A stretch of 64,000 bases of DNA from Myxococcota bacterium (lineage in GTDB: Bacteria; Myxococcota_A; UBA9042; PHBI01; JAWLBL01), in contig JAWLBL010000010.1 of assembly GCA_041687695.1 (NCBI GenBank), positions 98,676-162,675 of the forward strand, given 5' to 3'. This document shows, one piece after another, positions 9,362 to 22,956 of the stretch; the stretch's first letter is position 1, and every line of letters begins with the position of its first letter. The notes beneath the pieces are model-generated. The model searched no databases, was not told the origin of the DNA, and worked only from the letters and a program-made list of their open reading frames with translations. Both the position numbers and the translations under genes were made by a program.

Positions 9362-9907
9362 CTACTGACCCTGCACCGGGGCGTCGGTCGCCGGCGCCGT
9401 CGTCGCGGGCGGCTGCGCCGTCGTGCCCTGCGGCGCGACCGCGCCGTCGGCGGGCGTCTCGCCGTGGCTGCCCGACAGGAAGCGCTCACGCGCCTCGAGC
9501 ATCTCCGGCGTCGCCCGGATGCGCTCCTCCTGCAGCACGTCGTTGGCCCACTGGCCCTGCATGAGGTCGCGCGTCGTGAGATCGGCGAACGTCAGGGCGA
9601 AGAAGATGGCGACGAACAGGATGGTCCCGAGGAACACGAAGGAGTGGAAGCGATCGTCCCACTTGAGATGCATGAAGTAGCCGATGACGAGGGCCGCCTT
9701 GACGACGGCGACCATCATGGCCGGGTAGATGCCGTAGGGGCCCATGTCCATGAAGGACACGAGCACCGTCAGCACGGTCAGGAACATCAGGGCGCCGAAG
9801 ATCCCGAGGTAGGTCTTGAGCGGCGTGACGTGGGCGTGCGCGTCCGGCGTCGGGACCGGCTCGCCGTGGATGTAGGTCTTCGAGGTCGTGCTCGTCGTGC
9901 TGGCCAT
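9362..9907 (-). CDS. ctaF: Cytochrome c oxidase subunit IV (caa3 type)
   Basis: YLGIFGALMFLTVLTV, KAALVIGYFMHLKWD; follows subunit III. Confidence 0.88.
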   Translation of the reverse strand: MASTTSTTSKTYIHGEPVPTPDAHAHVTPLKTYLGIFGALMFLTVLTVLVSFMDMGPYGIYPAMMVAVVKAALVIGYFMHLKWDDRFHSFVFLGTILFVAIFFALTFADLTTRDLMQGQWANDVLQEERIRATPEMLEARERFLSGSHGETPADGAVAPQGTTAQPPATTAPATDAPVQGQ

Positions 9908-9915
9908 CGGTTCGC

Positions 9916-10575
9916 TCACTTCACGAGGTAGAGCAGCGGGAAGAGGAAGATCCACACGAGGTCGACGAGGTGCCAGTACAGGCCCGTGTTCTCGACCGCC
10001 GTGTAGTTGTCGGGACCGAACTCGTCGCGGCCGGCGCGGATGTACATCCAGGCGATGACCCCGATGCCGATGAGGACGTGCACGCCGTGCAGGCCCGTCA
10101 TCGTGAAGTAAAGGCCGAAGAACATCTGGGGGCCGCCCAGGAACTGGTCGGAGGCCTCCATGTAGTAGCGGCCCGGGAAGATGCCGTGGGCGAACTTGCC
10201 GGTGTACTCGAAGTACTTCACCACCATGAAGATGAGGGCGCAGACGATGGTGATGAGCAGCTGCGTCTTGAGCTGCTTCTTGTCACCGAGCTGCGCGGCG
10301 CGGACCGCGAGCGCCATCGTCAGGCTGGAGGTGATGAGGACCACGGTGTTGAAGGCGCCGAGGCGCCAGTCGAGCAGCTCGTGGGCCTTGAGCAGCATGT
10401 CCGGGTACATGTAGCGCAGGAACGCGTACCCCAGGAACAGGCCGCTGAACATCAGGATCTCGGTGCCCAGGAACACCCACATGCCCAGCTTCGCCGACGC
10501 GACCTGCTGGTCCATCGTGTCGAAGTGGTGCGCGAGGTGTTTCGGGTGGTCGTCGTGCGCGTGAGCGTGCGCCAT
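9916..10575 (-). CDS. ctaE: Cytochrome c oxidase subunit III
   Basis: GMWVFLGTEILMF, NTVVLITSS, TGLHGVHV, YWHLVDLVWIFLFPLLY. Confidence 0.95.
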   Translation of the reverse strand: MAHAHAHDDHPKHLAHHFDTMDQQVASAKLGMWVFLGTEILMFSGLFLGYAFLRYMYPDMLLKAHELLDWRLGAFNTVVLITSSLTMALAVRAAQLGDKKQLKTQLLITIVCALIFMVVKYFEYTGKFAHGIFPGRYYMEASDQFLGGPQMFFGLYFTMTGLHGVHVLIGIGVIAWMYIRAGRDEFGPDNYTAVENTGLYWHLVDLVWIFLFPLLYLVK

Positions 10576-10649
10576 CTCGGCGTCTCCCCTCGTGAGGTCG
10601 GGCTACTGGGCCCGCGGCGGCCAGGGTGACCGCCGCGGTACAAAGCGTC

Positions 10650-12341
<1,692 letters not shown>

Positions 12342-12416
12342 CCTTCACCTGCGGGGTTGGAGCGGTGATCGCTTCGGGGTGCGGGGCCGGGAGCCCGTCG
12401 GCGCCTCGGGGCTGGG

Positions 12417-13430
12417 TCAGGGGTTCGCCGGCGCTGCGTCGCCGCCGAGCTGCTTGATGTAGTCGATGATGCCGTTGAGCTCCTGGTCGGTCAGGCGCCC
12501 CTGGAAGGTCGGCATGGCCGGCGCGAAGCCCTGGACGATGCTGGCGTTCGGGTCGAGGATGGCCTCGCGCAGGTAGTTGTCGTCGACGGTCACCTGCGAG
12601 CCGTCCTGCATCGTCTCCGGCTTGCCGTAGATGCCGTTGAGCGGCGGGCCGACCAGGCGCACGCCCTCGACCGAGTGGCAGGCGTTGCAGCCGTACTTGA
12701 CGAAGAGCTTCTCGCCGTAGTCGGCGGCGGTGGGATCGAGCCCGGCGCAGTCGTCGGAGGCGACCCAGGCCTTCCAGGCCTCGGCGTCGAGCACCTGCAC
12801 CCGGCCGGTCATCACCGAGTGGTCGGTGCCGCAGTACTCGGCGCAGTAGAGCGGGAAGTCCCCCGTCTGCGTCGCCTCGAACCAGTAGCCCGTGTACTTG
12901 TTCGGCAGCGCGTCACGCTTGAGGCGGAACGCGGGGATCCAGAACGAGTGCAGCACGTCCACCGACGAGATGGTCAGCTTGACCGGCTCGCCCAGCGGCA
13001 CGACCAGCTTGTTCTGGCACTCCTTGCCGAGGCTCGGGTAGCCGATGGACCACGACCACTTCTGGCCCGTGACGCGCACGTCCAGCGCCGAGTCGGGCAC
13101 CGCGTTCATGAGAATGAAGTCGCGCTGGCCCCAGGCGAAGATGACCAGGAGCAGCACGGTCGGGATGGCGCTCCACAGGAACTCGAGCTTGAAGCTGTGC
13201 TTGAGGGGGCTCGTCTTCTGCTCGACGTGCGTCCGGCGGTACTTGACGGCGAAATAGACCATCAAGGCCATCAAGCCGACGAAGAACACGATGCTCAGGA
13301 TGAGGATGAAGTCGAAGAGGCCATCGACGCCTTCGGCGAAGGTCGAGGCCTTGGGCGGCATCCAGAAGCCGCCCTGGGCCTCGGCGAGCACCAGCCCGCC
13401 GCCGAGCTTTCCGAGGAGAGAGAGGGTCAT
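12417..13430 (-). CDS. ctaC: Cytochrome c oxidase subunit II with fused cytochrome c
   Basis: DVLHSF and CAEYCGTDHSVM (CuA); C-terminal CNACH...MP; ATGA overlap with upstream SCO gene. Confidence 0.95.
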   Translation of the reverse strand: MTLSLLGKLGGGLVLAEAQGGFWMPPKASTFAEGVDGLFDFILILSIVFFVGLMALMVYFAVKYRRTHVEQKTSPLKHSFKLEFLWSAIPTVLLLVIFAWGQRDFILMNAVPDSALDVRVTGQKWSWSIGYPSLGKECQNKLVVPLGEPVKLTISSVDVLHSFWIPAFRLKRDALPNKYTGYWFEATQTGDFPLYCAEYCGTDHSVMTGRVQVLDAEAWKAWVASDDCAGLDPTAADYGEKLFVKYGCNACHSVEGVRLVGPPLNGIYGKPETMQDGSQVTVDDNYLREAILDPNASIVQGFAPAMPTFQGRLTDQELNGIIDYIKQLGGDAAPANP

Positions 13431-14269
13431 GGAGTAGGCTCCGCGTACGCTTGGGGCCGGCGCCGGTCGCGGCGCCAGTGGTGGACCAGGAAGAGGGCGA
13501 GGACGAAGACCGTGAACAGCCCGCCGAGGCGCATGACGCCCCAGGCGAACGGCGTGTACTTGCCGTCGGACGACATGTACTGGAAGCAGCTCGAGAGCAC
13601 CTTGTCGAACGTCGACCCCACGGCGCCGTTCGACGCGTCCATGAGGGCGAACTTGATGTCCTGCGGCGGGGGCTGCAGCGTGAAGAGATAGCGGCTGATG
13701 GTGCCGTCGGGCGTCAGGACGAAGATGACCGGCGCGTGCGCGTACTGGTCGGTGCCCTCGTCGTAGCTGTACTCGAAGCCGACCTGGGCGGCGAGCGCCT
13801 CGGAGGCCTCGGCCGAGCCGACGAGGAACGGCCAGTCCGCCTGGGGCGCGCCGAGGGATGCCAGGTAGCTCGCGCGCTTGTCGGCGGCGAGATCGTGACC
13901 CTCGCGGGGATCGATGCTGACCGTCACGAGGCGGAAGGCCTCGCGCCCGGGCACCCAGTCGATGGCCTGCAGCGCCTCGACGACCTTGTTGAGCTGGACG
14001 CTGCACAGGGTGCGGCAGCGGTAGTAGTTGAGGGTGAGCAGGACCGGGCGCTCGCCGTCGAAGTACTCGCCGAGGCGGACGGCGCGGCCGGTGTGGTCGG
14101 TGAACGCGAGATCGAGGTCGACCTTGCCACCCAGGCGGTTCTGGACGTCGATGCCCTCGAGCTCACGCGGGAGCTTGGTCGTCACCTGGGCGGCCGCGGG
14201 GGCGGCGCCGAGCAGGGCGACGGCGAGGAACGACGTCAGCTGGGTGGCGAGGGCGAGGCGCACGATCAC
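13427..14269 (-). CDS. SCO family protein
   Basis: YYRCRTLC (CxxxC), VSIDP, YAHA; signal peptide and C-terminal TM helix. Confidence 0.9.
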   Translation of the reverse strand: MIVRLALATQLTSFLAVALLGAAPAAAQVTTKLPRELEGIDVQNRLGGKVDLDLAFTDHTGRAVRLGEYFDGERPVLLTLNYYRCRTLCSVQLNKVVEALQAIDWVPGREAFRLVTVSIDPREGHDLAADKRASYLASLGAPQADWPFLVGSAEASEALAAQVGFEYSYDEGTDQYAHAPVIFVLTPDGTISRYLFTLQPPPQDIKFALMDASNGAVGSTFDKVLSSCFQYMSSDGKYTPFAWGVMRLGGLFTVFVLALFLVHHWRRDRRRPQAYAEPTP

Positions 14270-14880
14270 TCGCCTCCGGGGGCGGCGGGGGCCGGGGCGT
14301 CGGGGGCGGCCGGCGCGGCCGGCGCGTCGGGGGCCGGGGCCGGCGGCGGCGCGGGCTGACCGTCGGGCTGAATGGGCGCGGCCGGGCCGCCGGGCTGCGA
14401 GGGCTCGGGCTGCGGCTGCTGACCCGGGGCCGGCTGAGCGCCGGGGGCCGGCTGAGCGCCGGGGGCGCCCTGATCGTCGGGGTGGACGAAGCCGGGCGGC
14501 GGGGTGCCGGCGCGCAGCAGCTCGGGGCGCTGCAGGACCATGTCCCGGGCCTGGTCGACCGGAACGCGGTAGCCACCGCGGGTCACGCCCTCGGCCGGCT
14601 CGATGCGCTCGTAGGTCGTCAGCTGCTGCTGGACGGCCTCGCGGTGCTGGACGAGCAGGCTGGACACCCGGACGTGCTGCTGGGCGAGCAGGGTCCGGCT
14701 CTCCTGCTGAACCAGCTGCATCACGGCGAATCCGGAGCCGAGGATGACCGCCGACAGCACCACCAGCTGCAGGAACAGCTTGCGGTTGGGCGGCGTGTCG
14801 AGCTCGTGCCCGCCGTCGGTGTACTTCGAGACGATCGGGGTCGACACTTGCGCGTCGGGAGGGTGCAAGGGATCGGACAT
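14266..14880 (-). CDS. ACIII-associated membrane-anchored protein (ActG-like) with Pro/Ala/Gln-rich tail
   Basis: One TM helix, LTTY...YRVPVDQARD pattern, position between actF and sco. Confidence 0.6.
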   Translation of the reverse strand: MSDPLHPPDAQVSTPIVSKYTDGGHELDTPPNRKLFLQLVVLSAVILGSGFAVMQLVQQESRTLLAQQHVRVSSLLVQHREAVQQQLTTYERIEPAEGVTRGGYRVPVDQARDMVLQRPELLRAGTPPPGFVHPDDQGAPGAQPAPGAQPAPGQQPQPEPSQPGGPAAPIQPDGQPAPPPAPAPDAPAAPAAPDAPAPAAPGGE

Positions 14881-14890
14881 CTCGAGGCTC

Positions 14891-16128
<1,238 letters not shown>

Positions 16129-16132
<4 letters not shown>

Positions 16133-16797
16133 CGAGCGCTCCATCCTTTCTGGGTCGCGACTTCGGGCGGGACGTCCGCGAGCGTGGCGTTGTGGCTGGC
16201 CTGCAGGACGCGGATCCAGGCGGCGATGGCCCAGCGGTCCTCGGGGGCCACCTGCGAGGCGTAGGGCATCATCGTGCGGACGCCGTTGGTGATGACGTCG
16301 TAGAAGTGCCCGAGCGGCATCGCGCGCAGCTGGTCCGAGTGGAAGGTCGGCGGCTGGACCTTGAAGCCGCGCTGGATGACGATGCCGTCGCCCAGCCCGG
16401 TCTCGGAGTGGCACGGCGCGCAGTAGATGTTGAACTGTCGCTGGCCGCGCGCGAGCAGCTTGGCGTCGAGCTGCATGCCGGCGGGCAGCGCGTCGGTGAG
16501 GCGGCCGTCGGCGCCGCGGCCGCGGTAGAGGTGGTCGTCGTCGCGCAGGAAGCGGTCGTCGGCGCCGCCGGCGACCGAGCGGGCGACGGTCCCCGCCGGG
16601 GGCTCGCGCATGGCGCGCCCGTCGTCGTAGAAGTCGCTGCGGTCCTGGGCCGTGAACTTCTGCTGGTGGTCCATGTTCGGGTTGAGATGGACCGGGGGCT
16701 CGCTGGACGTGTTCCCACGGCAGCCGCCCACGGTCAGCCCGAGCGTGAGGGCTACGGCGGCCGCGCCAGCGGCCTTGCTGGGGGTTCGGAGTCGCAA
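16129..16797 (-). CDS. actE: Alternative complex III monoheme cytochrome c lipoprotein subunit E
   Basis: Lipobox VGGC, NMDHQQK, YCAPCH, MMPYA; TTG start inferred. Confidence 0.9.
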
Positions 16798-16799
16798 CG

Positions 16800-17333
16800 T
16801 CAGTCCTCCACGACTTCGATGTGGGTCGCGCCGAGGCCCTTGAAGAGCTTCTTGAGCTTCTTCTCGTCGTACTTCGGGTCCGAGGCCTCGATGGCGATGA
16901 AGAACTTGTCGTCCGTCACGCGGGAGAAGCGCTCGGAGTTGAAGACGGAGTGGTAGTACTGCGGCAGGCGGTTGAGGCCGAACATGCCGAACACCGCGCC
17001 GAAGGCGCCGAAGAGGACGCCCAGCTCGAAGGTGACGGGCACGAAGGCCTGCCAGCTGAACAGGGGCTTGCCGCTGATGATGAGCGGCTGGGCCACCGCG
17101 GAGACCCACCACTGGAGCAGCATGCCGAGGCCGGCGCCCGACAGGCCCATCACCAGGACGATCCAGGGCAGGCGCGAGCGCGGCAGGCCCATCGCCTTGT
17201 CGAGCCCGTGGACCGGGAACGGGGTGTAGGAGTCCCAGCGCGTGAAGCCCTCGTCACGGACCTTCTCGCAGGCGTGGTAGACCGCCTGCGCCGTGTCGAA
17301 CTCGGCCATCAGCCCGAAGGGTTTGTCAGCCAT
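16800..17333 (-). CDS. actD: Alternative complex III subunit D (DUF3341)
   Basis: [40 protein letters not shown]. Confidence 0.93.
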   Translation of the reverse strand: MADKPFGLMAEFDTAQAVYHACEKVRDEGFTRWDSYTPFPVHGLDKAMGLPRSRLPWIVLVMGLSGAGLGMLLQWWVSAVAQPLIISGKPLFSWQAFVPVTFELGVLFGAFGAVFGMFGLNRLPQYYHSVFNSERFSRVTDDKFFIAIEASDPKYDEKKLKKLFKGLGATHIEVVED

Positions 17334-18849
17334 GGCGCTTGCCCTCGTCGGAGTCGGTGTCGGTCTTGGTGTCGCGAGCGGCCTCTACGCTGGCCTGGGC
17401 GGCCACGGCGTCGGCCTCGGAGCGCTGCATCCAGCCCGGCCCGAGGACGTCGCCCTGGACCTGCTTCTCCATGCCCGGGACGTAGTGCGGGTCGGCCTGC
17501 GGCATCACGGTCTTCACTTCGGCGATGGCCACCATCGGCATGAAGCGGACGAAGAGGCAGAAGAGCGTGAAGAACAGGCCGAAGCTGCCGACGAACGTCA
17601 GGACGTCCCAGATGGTGGGCGTGTAGTAGTCCCAGCTCGAGGGCAGGAAGTCGTGGTGGAGCGACGTCACGGTGATGACGAAGCGCTCGAACCACATGCC
17701 GATGTTGACGAAGATCGAGATGATGAAGAGGAACATCGGGCTGCGGCGCAGCTTCTTGAACCAGAAGAACTGCGGGCTGATGACGTTGCAGCTCACCATG
17801 ATCCAGTAGGCCCAGGCGTAGTCGCCGAACGCGCGGTTCACGAAGGCGAAGCCCTCGTAGGGGTTGCCCGAGTACCAGGCGATGAAGAACTCCATCGCGT
17901 AGGCGTAGCCGACCATCGAGCCCGTGAGCAGGATGACCTTGGCCATGTTCTCGAGGTGCTTGATGGTCACCAGGTGCTCGAGATCGAAGATCTTTCGCGC
18001 CGGGATCATCAGCGTGAGGACCATCGCGAAGCCCGAGAAGATGGCGCCCGCGACGAAGTAGGGCGGGAAGATGGTGGTGTGCCAGCCGGGGACGTTCGAC
18101 ACGGCGAAGTCGAACGACACGATGGTGTGCACGGAGAGGACGAGCGGCGTCGCGAGGGCGGCCAGGATGAGGTAGGCCGTCTCGTAGTGCAGCCAGTGCC
18201 GTGTCGACCCTCGCCAGCCGAGGGCGAAGATGCCGTAGACCATCTTGCGGAGCTTGGTGACCGAGCGGTCGCGCATGGTGGCCAGGTCGGGGATGAGGCC
18301 GACGTACCAGAACAGCAGCGAGACGGTGAAGTAGGTCGAGACCGCGAAGACGTCCCACAGCAGCGGGCTGCGGAAGTTGGGCCACACGTCCATCTGGTTG
18401 GGCAGAGGGAACATGTAATAGGCGACCCAGATGCGGCCGACGTGGATGCCCGGGAAGATGGCGGCCGCGAGCACCGCGAAGATGGTCATCGCCTCGGCGA
18501 ACCGGTTGATGGAGGTTCGCCACTTCTGCCGGAGCAAAAAGAGGATGGCGCTGATGAGCGTGCCCGCGTGGCCGATGCCGACCCAGAACACGAAGTTGAC
18601 GATGGCCCAGCCCCAGGCGACCGGGACGTTCAAGCCCCAGATGCCGGTGCCTTCCCAGATGAGGTAGCCCACCGCGACGCCCAGGATGCCGAGCATCCCG
18701 AGCGAGACCATGAAGGCCATCCACCACTTGCGCCAGTCGGTCCGCTCCATCGGGGCGGCCACGGCGTTGGTGACGTCGCTGAACGAGCCTTCGCCGAGGA
18801 CGAGCGGCGCCCGGCCCGAGACGGGATCGATCTCGTAGTTGGCAGCCAT
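17326..18849 (-). CDS. actC: Alternative complex III subunit C (NrfD family)
   Basis: [56 protein letters not shown]. Confidence 0.96.
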   Translation of the reverse strand: MAANYEIDPVSGRAPLVLGEGSFSDVTNAVAAPMERTDWRKWWMAFMVSLGMLGILGVAVGYLIWEGTGIWGLNVPVAWGWAIVNFVFWVGIGHAGTLISAILFLLRQKWRTSINRFAEAMTIFAVLAAAIFPGIHVGRIWVAYYMFPLPNQMDVWPNFRSPLLWDVFAVSTYFTVSLLFWYVGLIPDLATMRDRSVTKLRKMVYGIFALGWRGSTRHWLHYETAYLILAALATPLVLSVHTIVSFDFAVSNVPGWHTTIFPPYFVAGAIFSGFAMVLTLMIPARKIFDLEHLVTIKHLENMAKVILLTGSMVGYAYAMEFFIAWYSGNPYEGFAFVNRAFGDYAWAYWIMVSCNVISPQFFWFKKLRRSPMFLFIISIFVNIGMWFERFVITVTSLHHDFLPSSWDYYTPTIWDVLTFVGSFGLFFTLFCLFVRFMPMVAIAEVKTVMPQADPHYVPGMEKQVQGDVLGPGWMQRSEADAVAAQASVEAARDTKTDTDSDEGKRHG

Positions 18850-18852
18850 GGC

Positions 18853-21800
18853 TTACACCAGGTCCGGGTTGGGGTTGCGGAGCTGCGCGAGGTACGACGT
18901 GCGCGGCTGCGTGTTGAGATCCACCAGGACCGCGTAGTCCAGCGGGATGGCCTTGAGCTTGCTGACCCGGCTGTTCGGGTCGGCGACGTCACCGAAGACG
19001 ATGGCGTCGGTCGGGCAGGTCTGCTGGCAGGCCGTCACGATGCCGCCGTCGGGGACGATGCCGGTGCCCGCGACCTTGGCCTGGATCTTGGCCTCCTGGA
19101 TGCGCTGCACGCAGTAGGTGCACTTCTCCATGACGCCGCGGAACCGGACGGTCACGTTCGGGTTCTTCTGCATCTGCACCGTGACCGGGAGATCCAGGTT
19201 GTAGTTGAAGAAGTTGAACCGACGGACCTTGTAGGGGCAGTTGTTCGAGCAGTAGCGCGTGCCGATGCACCGGTTGTAGGCCATGTCGTTGAGGCCGTCC
19301 GGGCTGTGCGCGGTGGCCGCGACCGGGCAGACGCTCTCGCACGGGGCGTTCTCGCAGTGCTGGCACAGCATCGGCTGCGTGACGGCCTGCGGGTTGTCCC
19401 AGTCCTGGCCCGTGTAGTAGCGGTCGATGCGCAGCCAGTGCATCTCGCGCCCGTTGAGCACCTCGTCCTTGCCGACCACCGGGATGTTGTTCTCGGCGAC
19501 GCAGGCGACCAGGCAGGCGTTGCACCCGACGCAGGCCGTCAGGTCGATGCTCATGCCCCACTGCTGCGGGTAGGTGTAGGGAGGCTCCTCCCACAGCGAC
19601 TTGAGCTGGTCTTCCTTGATGATGGCGAACTGCGCCTCGTCGACCTGGTTCGGGTTCTCCTTGTAGGAGGCGGCCGTCAGCTCGCGGACGATGGGGCGCG
19701 TCTCCCAGCCCGGGGCGGGCTCGAGGCGGCCGTAGTCCTGGGTCGAGGCGAGCTTGTACTCGGCGCCGGTGGCCTTGATGGCCACACCGGGGACGATCCA
19801 GGGCGCGGCGACCGGGCGGACCGAGTAGGCGTCGAAGCCGCCCCACTCGCCGTCCTTGCTGGCGACGGCGCCGACGTTCTTGCGCCCGTAGCCCAGGTTC
19901 AGCGCGACCGTGCCGGGCGCCTGGCCCGGGTCGGGGAAGACCGCCACGTCGAGGCTGCGCTGGCCGGCCGTGAGGCTCACCATGCCGCCGAGCCCCAGGC
20001 CGAGCCGCGAGGCGTCGGTCGGGTGCATGTGCAGGGCGTTGTCCCAGGTCAGCTTGGTCATCGGGTCCGGGGTCTCCTGCAGCCACGCGTTGTTCGCGAA
20101 GCGGCCGTCGAAGACCGTCGGGTCGACGTAGAGGTTGAGCTCGAAGGTGTCGCCCGCCGCCGAGGGCGTCGGCGGCGCCGCCGCGAGCGCCGTCTGCAGG
20201 CCCGACCAGTTGAACGCGGGGGGCTGGCCCTGCGCCTCGCCGGCCGCGTCGGCCGGGACGATGCCGCTGTGCAGCCAGCGCCGCCAGGCCTTGTCGTTGA
20301 CCGCGCCGCCGGAGCGACGCGTCCAGTACTCGCGGACGAGATCGTAGCCGTTGATGGCGCGGCCGGCCGCGGCGCGGGCGGCGACCTCGAGCAGGCTGGG
20401 CGTGAAGTACAGCGGCGCGATGAGCGGCTGCACGATGCTGGTGATCCCGTCGACCGTGCGGAGGTCGCCCCAGCTCTCGAGGTAGTGGCTGACCGGCAGG
20501 TGCAGCGTCGACAGGCGGGCCGTCTCGTCGACGTACAGGCCCGCGTGGATGCGGTCGGGGACCTTGCCGAGCTTGGTGGCGAGGTCGAGCTCGCCGGGGG
20601 CCGTGTAGACCGGGTTGGTGCCCAGGAAGACGACCGTCTGGACGCTGCCCGTGTCGATGGCCTGGGCCAGGGCGGCGAGATCCTCGGCCTCGGGCAGGGT
20701 CGTCACCGAGTGCCAGGTCTCGGCCGTGCCGGTCGAGCCCAGGCTCTGGTTCATCAGGTGGGCCAGGGCATGCACCCAGGCCGGCTGGCGGTCGCCCGCG
20801 ACGACCAGGCCGCGGGTCCCGGCGGCGCGCAGGTCCTTGGCGACGGCGCGCGCAAAGGCGAGGGCGGGCTCGGCCACCGTCGGGGTCCCGAGGGCCCCAG
20901 CGACGCCTTGGGCGCCAGCCGGAGCCCCGCCGCCGAGCAGCTCGGCGGCCACGAGGCGCGCGACGTTGCCCACGTCGCTGCCCGCGACGCGCAGGCGGTG
21001 GTCGGCCTTGGCGCCGGTCGCCGTGAACGTCGGCTCGGCGACGTACAGGCGGTTCATCTTGTCGGGGGACAGGTCGATCTTGCGGCCGCGGGCGAAGCCC
21101 TTGCCGTAGCGGACGAGATCCCCGTCGCGCCCGAAGAGATCGGCGTCGAGGACCAGGATGGTGTCCGCGTTCTCGAGGCGATACAGGGCCTGGCGGCCGG
21201 CGGCGCCCGCCATCGCCGCGCCCGCGACCCGGGCGGCCGGGAAGGCCGGGTCCGAGTGGTACAGCCGGGCGTTGGGCATGCCCTGCTCGAGCAGGTCCAG
21301 CGTCGCGCGGTAGCTGGGCGACATCACGGTGTCGATGACGACCGCGACGCCGGCGCCGCCCGCGGCGCGGGCCCGGGCGAGGACCTGGTCGAAGGCGGCG
21401 TAGGCCTCGTCCCAGGTGATGGTCTTGGCGTCGTCGCCGGCGCCCTGGCGCGGGGCCTGGGAGCGATCGGGGTCGTAGAGGTCGAGCACCGACGCCTGGG
21501 CGAAGACGCTGGCGGCGCCCAGCGAGTGCGGGTGCTGCGGGTTGCCCTCGATCTTGGTCGGTCGGCCGTCGCTGGCCTCGACGACCAGCCCCTGCACCGA
21601 GGTGCCGAGCTGGAAGGCGGTCGCGTAGAACATCGGGCGGCCCGGGACGAGATCCTCGGGGCGCTGGGCGAAGGGCATGACCAGCTCGCGCGGCTTGCGG
21701 ATGCAGCCGCTGAGGCCGGCGCCGGCGAGGGCGGTCGAGGCGCCCATCAGGCCGAGGAACTTGCGGCGGCTCACCCCGTCGAGGGCGAGCTCGGCGGCGC

Positions 21801-21936
21801 CTTCGGGGAACTCGCGGCCGGCGTCGGGCCCGGCGCTGGCGGCGTCCCGCCCGGCGGCCTGCTGGGCGTAGTCCTTGATGCTTCGCCAGTAGCCGGTGTT
21901 GGCCTTGCCAACGGGCGTCTTGGACGTGTCGGTCAT
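18853..21936 (-). CDS. actB: Alternative complex III subunit B (molybdopterin-oxidoreductase-like plus Fe-S domains)
   Basis: TAT SRRKFL plus lipobox LSGC, GRPTKIEGNP, NNAWLQETPDP, CVGCNAC, CQHCENAPCESVCP, CIGTRYCSNNCP, MEKCTYC. Confidence 0.96.
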   Translation of the reverse strand: MTDTSKTPVGKANTGYWRSIKDYAQQAAGRDAASAGPDAGREFPEGAAELALDGVSRRKFLGLMGASTALAGAGLSGCIRKPRELVMPFAQRPEDLVPGRPMFYATAFQLGTSVQGLVVEASDGRPTKIEGNPQHPHSLGAASVFAQASVLDLYDPDRSQAPRQGAGDDAKTITWDEAYAAFDQVLARARAAGGAGVAVVIDTVMSPSYRATLDLLEQGMPNARLYHSDPAFPAARVAGAAMAGAAGRQALYRLENADTILVLDADLFGRDGDLVRYGKGFARGRKIDLSPDKMNRLYVAEPTFTATGAKADHRLRVAGSDVGNVARLVAAELLGGGAPAGAQGVAGALGTPTVAEPALAFARAVAKDLRAAGTRGLVVAGDRQPAWVHALAHLMNQSLGSTGTAETWHSVTTLPEAEDLAALAQAIDTGSVQTVVFLGTNPVYTAPGELDLATKLGKVPDRIHAGLYVDETARLSTLHLPVSHYLESWGDLRTVDGITSIVQPLIAPLYFTPSLLEVAARAAAGRAINGYDLVREYWTRRSGGAVNDKAWRRWLHSGIVPADAAGEAQGQPPAFNWSGLQTALAAAPPTPSAAGDTFELNLYVDPTVFDGRFANNAWLQETPDPMTKLTWDNALHMHPTDASRLGLGLGGMVSLTAGQRSLDVAVFPDPGQAPGTVALNLGYGRKNVGAVASKDGEWGGFDAYSVRPVAAPWIVPGVAIKATGAEYKLASTQDYGRLEPAPGWETRPIVRELTAASYKENPNQVDEAQFAIIKEDQLKSLWEEPPYTYPQQWGMSIDLTACVGCNACLVACVAENNIPVVGKDEVLNGREMHWLRIDRYYTGQDWDNPQAVTQPMLCQHCENAPCESVCPVAATAHSPDGLNDMAYNRCIGTRYCSNNCPYKVRRFNFFNYNLDLPVTVQMQKNPNVTVRFRGVMEKCTYCVQRIQEAKIQAKVAGTGIVPDGGIVTACQQTCPTDAIVFGDVADPNSRVSKLKAIPLDYAVLVDLNTQPRTSYLAQLRNPNPDLV

Positions 21937-22580
21937 CGGTGGCATCCCGAGCAGTGGATGGGGGGGCTGAGCTCACGGGTGCGGGCGGGGTCCTGGGTGG
22001 CGTCGTAGCCGGCGGTCGCCGGATCCCAGTCCATGTTCGTCACCTGGTCGAGCGGCCGCAGGTTCGGCGTCGGGTCGCGGTGGCAGTCGAGGCACCACTG
22101 CATCGACAGCGGCGACTCGAGCGTGACCACCGGCATGCGGTCGACGCGGCCGTGGCAGGTCGAGCAGCCCACGCCGGCGGCCAGGTGCACGCTGTGGTCG
22201 AAGTACGCGTACTCCGGCAGCTGGTGGACCTTGACCCACGGCACCGGCGCGCCGGCCTCGTAGCTCTCGCGGATGGGCGCGAGCGACGGCCGGTCGGTGC
22301 CCACCTGCGAGTGACAGTTCATGCAGGTGGCTGTCGGGGGAATCGCCGCGTAGCTCGATTCCTCGACGGAGCTGTGGCAGTACCGGCAGTCCAGGCCCAG
22401 GTCGCCCGCGTGCAGCTTGTGGCTGAACGGGACGGGCTGGGTGGGTCGGTAGCCCACATCGGTGTACCACGGCGAGAACCAATACCAGATGGCGCCCACC
22501 AGCCCTGAGAGCAGGACGGGGGCTCCGACGCCGATGGCGAGCGGTATCTTGTTGGTCCAGCGGGGAAAGATAGCTGCCAC
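21933..22580 (-). CDS. actA: Alternative complex III pentaheme cytochrome c subunit A
   Basis: Five CxxCH motifs (CRYCH, CMNCH, CSTCH, CLDCH, CSGCH); QPVPFSHKLHAG. Confidence 0.95.
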   Translation of the reverse strand: MAAIFPRWTNKIPLAIGVGAPVLLSGLVGAIWYWFSPWYTDVGYRPTQPVPFSHKLHAGDLGLDCRYCHSSVEESSYAAIPPTATCMNCHSQVGTDRPSLAPIRESYEAGAPVPWVKVHQLPEYAYFDHSVHLAAGVGCSTCHGRVDRMPVVTLESPLSMQWCLDCHRDPTPNLRPLDQVTNMDWDPATAGYDATQDPARTRELSPPIHCSGCHR

Positions 22581-22956
22581 TTCAGCTCCCCTTGACGGTC
22601 GGGTCAGCGTACGGGCCTAGGAGTGTGTCGCTTCGGCGACAGCGGCGAACGACACAGGGCCGGTGCCAAATCGGCGCGGACCGTAGCAGCCGCGCGCGAC
22701 CCTGGCAACAGCCTTGAATGGCGCGCCCGAGCGTGGCCCGAGGCGGCGCCGAGCGCAGCTGTAATGGCGTGTGAATTCGCCATGTTGCGCTGCGTGAGGG
22801 CCGGGTTTTGGCGCGGCTTTGACACTCGGACCCGATGGGTCCGAATATCCGCCACGCGGGCGAGGATCGGGGCGGCCGACAGGCTGGCGGCGCGGGGCCG
22901 TTGCAGGCGCACTGCCAGACGCCCGAGCAGGCGCAGCGAGCCGGTGCAGGCGGGCA

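Noticed and set aside
14280..14470. Short repeats in the actG-like gene
   Set aside because: Explained by a Pro/Ala/Gln low-complexity tail (GAQPAP x2)
17293..22008. 1571-aa plus-strand ORF and similar long antisense ORFs (1559-3478, 7277-9349, 30102-32015, 33998-35674, 59571-63662)
   Set aside because: Shadow frames opposite well-supported genes; stop codons are scarce at this GC content and the translations have no recognisable motifs
22600..22860. sigma54 promoter or FNR box for the ACIII operon; palindrome TCGGACCC-gat-GGGTCCGA at 22826-22844
   Set aside because: Minus-strand TTGGCAC lacks a proper -12 TTGC, no TTGAT-N4-ATCAA is present, and the palindrome cannot be assigned a function
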